A stretch of DNA of 63,895 nt, filler included, from Lama guanicoe (lineage: Eukaryota): NCBI GenBank assembly GCA_013239625.1. It is 187 parts of 187 records of this genome, joined end to end, with 100 filler letters (N's around TTAATTAATTAA, not from the genome) between each part and the next. Parts side by side here need not be neighbours in the genome. Positions count along the whole stretch, not along the records: positions 59,537 to 59,779 come from PNXV01046861.1; positions 59,880 to 60,122 come from PNXV01046862.1; positions 60,223 to 60,465 come from PNXV01046863.1; positions 60,566 to 60,808 come from PNXV01046864.1; positions 60,909 to 61,151 come from PNXV01046865.1; positions 61,252 to 61,494 come from PNXV01046866.1; positions 61,595 to 61,837 come from PNXV01046867.1; positions 61,938 to 62,180 come from PNXV01046868.1; 179 more parts are not named here. The stretch is one strand, 5' to 3'. The notes under the pieces are model-generated. The model did no database searches. It saw nothing but the letters and a program-made list of their open reading frames with translations, and was not told where the DNA came from. How positions within the stretch are numbered: position 1 is the stretch's first letter; the number at the start of each line of letters is the position of its first letter. A program made the translations under genes and the position numbers. This document shows positions 59,766 to 63,895 of this stretch, in pieces.

Positions 59766-60776
59766 GCCCTTCATTCACTNNNNNNNNNNNNNNNNNNNNN
59801 NNNNNNNNNNNNNNNNNNNNNNNTTAATTAATTAANNNNNNNNNNNNNNNNNNNNNNNNNNNNNNNNNNNNNNNNNNNNTGCTGTGGGTTCTCCGTGCTG
59901 AGCACACACACGAGCATTGCACGCCGACACTTACACACTAGTACAAGGTGTGTCGGAAAGCCTAGGCGTTGTAGCAAATGAGAGGCATCGTGAAGACTTT
60001 TGTATTTTTTTATGAAAGAACTAACGTTTTATTATGCAGAAAAGCTATAAATGCATCATTTGTCGAAGTGATTGTCACGAGGAAAATCCTGCTGAACATC
60101 AGGTGTTCTTTCCCCACCTATANNNNNNNNNNNNNNNNNNNNNNNNNNNNNNNNNNNNNNNNNNNNTTAATTAATTAANNNNNNNNNNNNNNNNNNNNNN
60201 NNNNNNNNNNNNNNNNNNNNNNTTGGGGAAAAGAAGTTAAATATAATTATTGATGTTCTCCTGTGTGAGTTCATGTGACTTGCTTTAATATTTCAAAAAG
60301 TTTGGGAAGAAGAGTTCTGAGATTTGAGCTATTTTCCCATCTGACATTTTTTTGTGAGACTCCATTTCATTAATAGTTGCATTATGCAGAAGTAAGTTAT
60401 TGTCATTCAGAAACAGTTTGGAGATATATGCCATTATAGAGTTTGCATGCATAAATAAGCATATTNNNNNNNNNNNNNNNNNNNNNNNNNNNNNNNNNNN
60501 NNNNNNNNNTTAATTAATTAANNNNNNNNNNNNNNNNNNNNNNNNNNNNNNNNNNNNNNNNNNNNCTCCCTGGGTGGGTTTTCCAGGATCAAAGGAAAAA
60601 GAAACTATCAGAGATCTAATGTTCATGTATTACAAACAGCAAAAACAGGCAGGATATTTAAAAGTTTAGGTTCCTTCTACTTCTGTCACCCCCAACAAGT
60701 TTTTGAAATTCACAGATGCTAATTTCCCCGAGGGCTCATCGCGTCCACGTGCTTCCCCTCCCCCCACTGCCTCTGC

Positions 60777-60808
60777 GAGGAGGAGGAGGAGGAGGAGGAG
60801 GAGGAGGA
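60777..60808. repeat. (GAG)n microsatellite at contig edge
   Basis: gaggaggaggaggaggaggaggaggaggagga. Confidence 0.9.
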
Positions 60809-61251
60809 NNNNNNNNNNNNNNNNNNNNNNNNNNNNNNNNNNNNNNNNNNNNTTAATTAATTAANNNNNNNNNNNNNNNNNNNNNNNNNNNNNNNNNNNN
60901 NNNNNNNNAAAAAAAAAAGATCAATAAAGGAAAAAAGAGAAAATGTGCGTGGTTGAAGTAGGGAGGAAGGAAGCAAGATGAACGTTAGGGCCAGTGCTCT
61001 TGGCTTGACAAGTTTTACTCTACACAAGCATGTTCAACTAAGAGAGTGACTGTGGACTGAAATCCAGTCCACGCTCCACTGACGGAGTGCTATGCTTTGG
61101 CCCACTTTGCTTCCCTTGCAAGAATGGGTGCCTTTTTCTTATTTTCAAAAANNNNNNNNNNNNNNNNNNNNNNNNNNNNNNNNNNNNNNNNNNNNTTAAT
61201 TAATTAANNNNNNNNNNNNNNNNNNNNNNNNNNNNNNNNNNNNNNNNNNNN

Positions 61252-61494
61252 TGAGAGTTAAGGGATTAGACAAGGGTGCCCACTCTCACTACCCCCATTC
61301 GGTGTAGTTCTGGAAGTCCCAGCCAGCGCAATTATTAGGCAAGAAAAAGAAAGAAAAACATCCAAATCAGAAAGGAAGATGTAAAATTGTCTTTTTTTGT
61401 AGATGATATAATCTTATACATAGAAAATTCTAAAAACTTCACTGCAAAACTGTTGGAACTAATAAATAAATTCAGTAAAGTTGCAGGATGCAAA
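61252..61494 (+). mobile_element. L1 ORF2 reverse transcriptase fragment
   Basis: GIRQGCPLSLPPFGVVLEVPASAI...KEDVKLSFFVDDIILYIENSK...KLLELINKFSKVAG (RT motifs; frameshifted). Confidence 0.95.
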
Positions 61495-61937
61495 NNNNNN
61501 NNNNNNNNNNNNNNNNNNNNNNNNNNNNNNNNNNNNNNTTAATTAATTAANNNNNNNNNNNNNNNNNNNNNNNNNNNNNNNNNNNNNNNNNNNNTTAATG
61601 CATATTTATGAAGAATGTCCTATTTATAAGAGACCAAGCGCTCACTTATCAGGGCAATGATGAGTGTCACTCTTCTCAAGATTTTACAACTGAGATAAAA
61701 CTTGTACAAAGTGTACATATGATGAGAAGGAATATTCACCAAGAATGATATACAAAATGTCCTGAATAGGAAGGAGCAAGGAAGAGACTGCTGCTAGTTG
61801 CATGAATGGAAAAGCGAATGTGGATATTTTGCTCGGANNNNNNNNNNNNNNNNNNNNNNNNNNNNNNNNNNNNNNNNNNNNTTAATTAATTAANNNNNNN
61901 NNNNNNNNNNNNNNNNNNNNNNNNNNNNNNNNNNNNN

Positions 61938-62065
61938 CTGGTTTCTTTCGCTTGGCACAACGTTTTCAAGGTTCATCCTTGTAGCATGTATCAGCACTCC
62001 CTTCCTTTTTATGGCTAAATAATATTCCATCATATGGACACACATACTTTATTTATCCATTCATC
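61938..62065 (-). mobile_element. L1MB-type 3' fragment
   Basis: gttttcaaggttcatccttgtagcatgtatcagcactcccttcctttttatggctaaataatattccat...tttatccattcatc. Confidence 0.88.
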
Positions 62066-62483
62066 ATATTTAATGTCCATTAGTTTACATTGAAATTTAA
62101 ATAGCCACACATAACAATTAAGATTGTCAAAGCAGACAAAACTGGTGAGATCTGAGATCCAGCCCCTGGCATGGCCCCTGNNNNNNNNNNNNNNNNNNNN
62201 NNNNNNNNNNNNNNNNNNNNNNNNTTAATTAATTAANNNNNNNNNNNNNNNNNNNNNNNNNNNNNNNNNNNNNNNNNNNNTGAAGGAGGCTGGAGACCAT
62301 CAGCACTGGCCACTTGGACACTGGGTTTGCAGGACAAATTGTTTAGAAACTGAGCAGTGAGTGATGGGTGGGTGTGGGCTTGTGTCACCAGTGGTGCACA
62401 GCCAGGCTGAGGGGTTAGGGCTCAGTGCAGGGTGCCATCACACCTGCTGCTAAGATTTCTGTTTTCTGTTTCTGGAATTACAG

Positions 62484-62523
62484 GCTATTGAAGCCAAAAA
62501 AGAAGCACAGAAGGAAAAAGAAA
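62484..62523 (+). CDS. HERC2: HERC2 (or HERC2 duplicate) internal exon, 5' part
   Basis: Acceptor tttctgttttctgtttctggaattacag| then AIEAKKEAQKEKE, versus recalled human HERC2 ...AEIQ|DIEAKKEAQKEKEIDEQEA. The match is only 13 codons. Confidence 0.7.
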
Positions 62524-62685
62524 NNNNNNNNNNNNNNNNNNNNNNNNNNNNNNNNNNNNNNNNNNNNTTAATTAATTAANNNNNNNNNNNNNNNNNNNNN
62601 NNNNNNNNNNNNNNNNNNNNNNNTCAAACCATAAGAAAAGAGAACAAAAAGAAGAAAAAGGAAAAAAAAAGAGTGAGAGACCTAC

Positions 62686-62866
62686 CAAAGAGTGCTCTGG
62701 CTGTTCGGGGTCTCTGGTGGTTCCTCATAAATTCTGGAATTGCTCTAGTTCTGTGAGGAATGTTGTGAGTACTCTGACAGGGGTTGCACTGCATCTGTGG
62801 GTTGCTTTGGGTAGTGGGGCCATTTTGATAGTGTTGATTCTTCCAATCCAAGAGCACGAGAAATCT
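62686..62866 (-). mobile_element. L1 ORF2 fragment closely related to 4105-4346
   Basis: aaattctggaattg...tctagttctgtgaggaatgttgtgagta...ggggttgca...ccattttgatagtgttgattc.tccaatcca.gagcac.agaaat. Confidence 0.92.
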
Positions 62867-63084
62867 NNNNNNNNNNNNNNNNNNNNNNNNNNNNNNNNNN
62901 NNNNNNNNNNTTAATTAATTAANNNNNNNNNNNNNNNNNNNNNNNNNNNNNNNNNNNNNNNNNNNNAAAATGCTACAGAGGTTCTTTGCTGACCTTGATT
63001 CTGAAGAACACACCAGACCTAGACTTTTAGAATAGATTGGAATTATATCAGTTAATGCCAAGTGACAAGTAACTGCAGATGTAA

Positions 63085-63195
63085 AAAAATATACATACAT
63101 ATAACTGAATCACTACGCAGTACACCAGAAATTAACACAACATTGTAAACTGACTGTACGTCAATAAAAACATTAAAATGTTTTTTAAAAAGAAG
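63085..63195 (+). mobile_element. L1 3' terminus
   Basis: atataactgaatcactacgcagtacaccagaaattaacacaacattgtaaactgactgtac.tcaataaaaa. Confidence 0.88.
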
Positions 63196-63895
63196 CTTGG
63201 TCTATCAAANNNNNNNNNNNNNNNNNNNNNNNNNNNNNNNNNNNNNNNNNNNNTTAATTAATTAANNNNNNNNNNNNNNNNNNNNNNNNNNNNNNNNNNN
63301 NNNNNNNNNCCGGCAGCTGTGGGGAGCAGGCTGGAAGCCACAGGCCAGTTGCAAGGCTCTTGCAGAAATCAAAGGAGAGCTGGGCATGCATTTCGGAGCC
63401 GTCAGCTCGTAGACTGCGGTCCAAATCGGGTCAGCCGACGGGTTCGTCCTGGCGGCGCCAGATGGTGAGAGGGCGTTCGTGGATGGTTTCCGCCCTGAGA
63501 ACGGGGTGGGGTTAGGGGTCTATCTAAGAAAGCAGTCCATGCTGGGTCACACNNNNNNNNNNNNNNNNNNNNNNNNNNNNNNNNNNNNNNNNNNNNTTAA
63601 TTAATTAANNNNNNNNNNNNNNNNNNNNNNNNNNNNNNNNNNNNNNNNNNNNCTGAGGTCACTTATCTGAAGTAGGTAAGCTTTAAATAAAGGATCCCCC
63701 ATTTCTTCCCTATTGTGAAATATAATACTTTAAACTCAGCTAGAGATCAGGTAAGGAGAAGTTGTTTGCAGGCTGAAAACAGTAATATGAATAAAAATGG
63801 CAATAATCAATTGCTGCAGTTAAACACGCTGAGAAGCATGTGCCCAGCACTAACCTGAATAGTCTATGTATGGTCTTTCTTAGGCACAACCACCC

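Larger units (their letters stand above)
243..63652. other. Artificial contig-joining linker N44-TTAATTAATTAA-N44 (100 bp), repeated ~186 times with a 342/343-bp period; the first copy is 243-342 (core 287-298)
   Basis: Identical linker between all fragments. The palindromic core has TAA in all six frames. Inserts are 241-243 bp, sorted by length, and unrelated to each other. Confidence 0.99.

Noticed and set aside
61052..61072. Perfect 8-bp hairpin gtggactg-aaatc-cagtccac
   Set aside because: A few such stems are expected by chance in ~45 kb, and there is no supporting context.
41382..62523. Gene cluster of keratin, 5S, VAC14 and HERC2
   Set aside because: Adjacency is artificial; each piece is an independent contig.
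971..63100. Family of small ORFs sharing a C-terminal X15-LIN or X16-N motif
   Set aside because: The motif is just the translation of the N-run plus TTAATTAATTAA linker.
243..63652. CRISPR-like array (constant repeat with unique equal-length spacers)
   Set aside because: The 'repeat' is a 12-bp all-frame-stop linker padded by Ns. The 'spacers' are 242-bp mammalian fragments sorted by length, and there are no cas genes.

Overview
This window is not a contiguous locus. It is an artificial pseudo-scaffold of about 187 unrelated short contigs (241-243 bp, ordered by increasing length). Each is joined to the next by an identical 100-bp linker, N44-TTAATTAATTAA-N44, which has stop codons in all six frames. 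About 29% of the window is linker, and almost every ORF in the supplied track is spurious (ending in X...LIN or X...N). The real fragments are placental-mammal genomic DNA, most likely camelid: there is a Vic-1-like tRNA SINE and artiodactyl-type L1 3' ends, and I saw no Alu, Bov-A/BovB, PRE-1 or Can-SINE. Recognisable content includes many L1, L2, MIR, MLT1, Tigger1, MER5A and MER45 fragments; an EEF1A1 processed pseudogene; a truncated 5S rRNA retrocopy; exon fragments of VAC14, HERC2, a type II keratin and NFYB (5' UTR exon 1); one unidentified complete exon; and several CpG-island pieces. The notable observations are two distinct ~250-bp satellite-like families, each seen as a pair of circularly permuted monomers; an assembly-bubble pair whose 49-bp identical flanks reveal the k-mer size; and substitutions at conserved residues in the HERC2 and VAC14 fragments. 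No novel multi-gene system can be supported, because adjacency between fragments is artificial.
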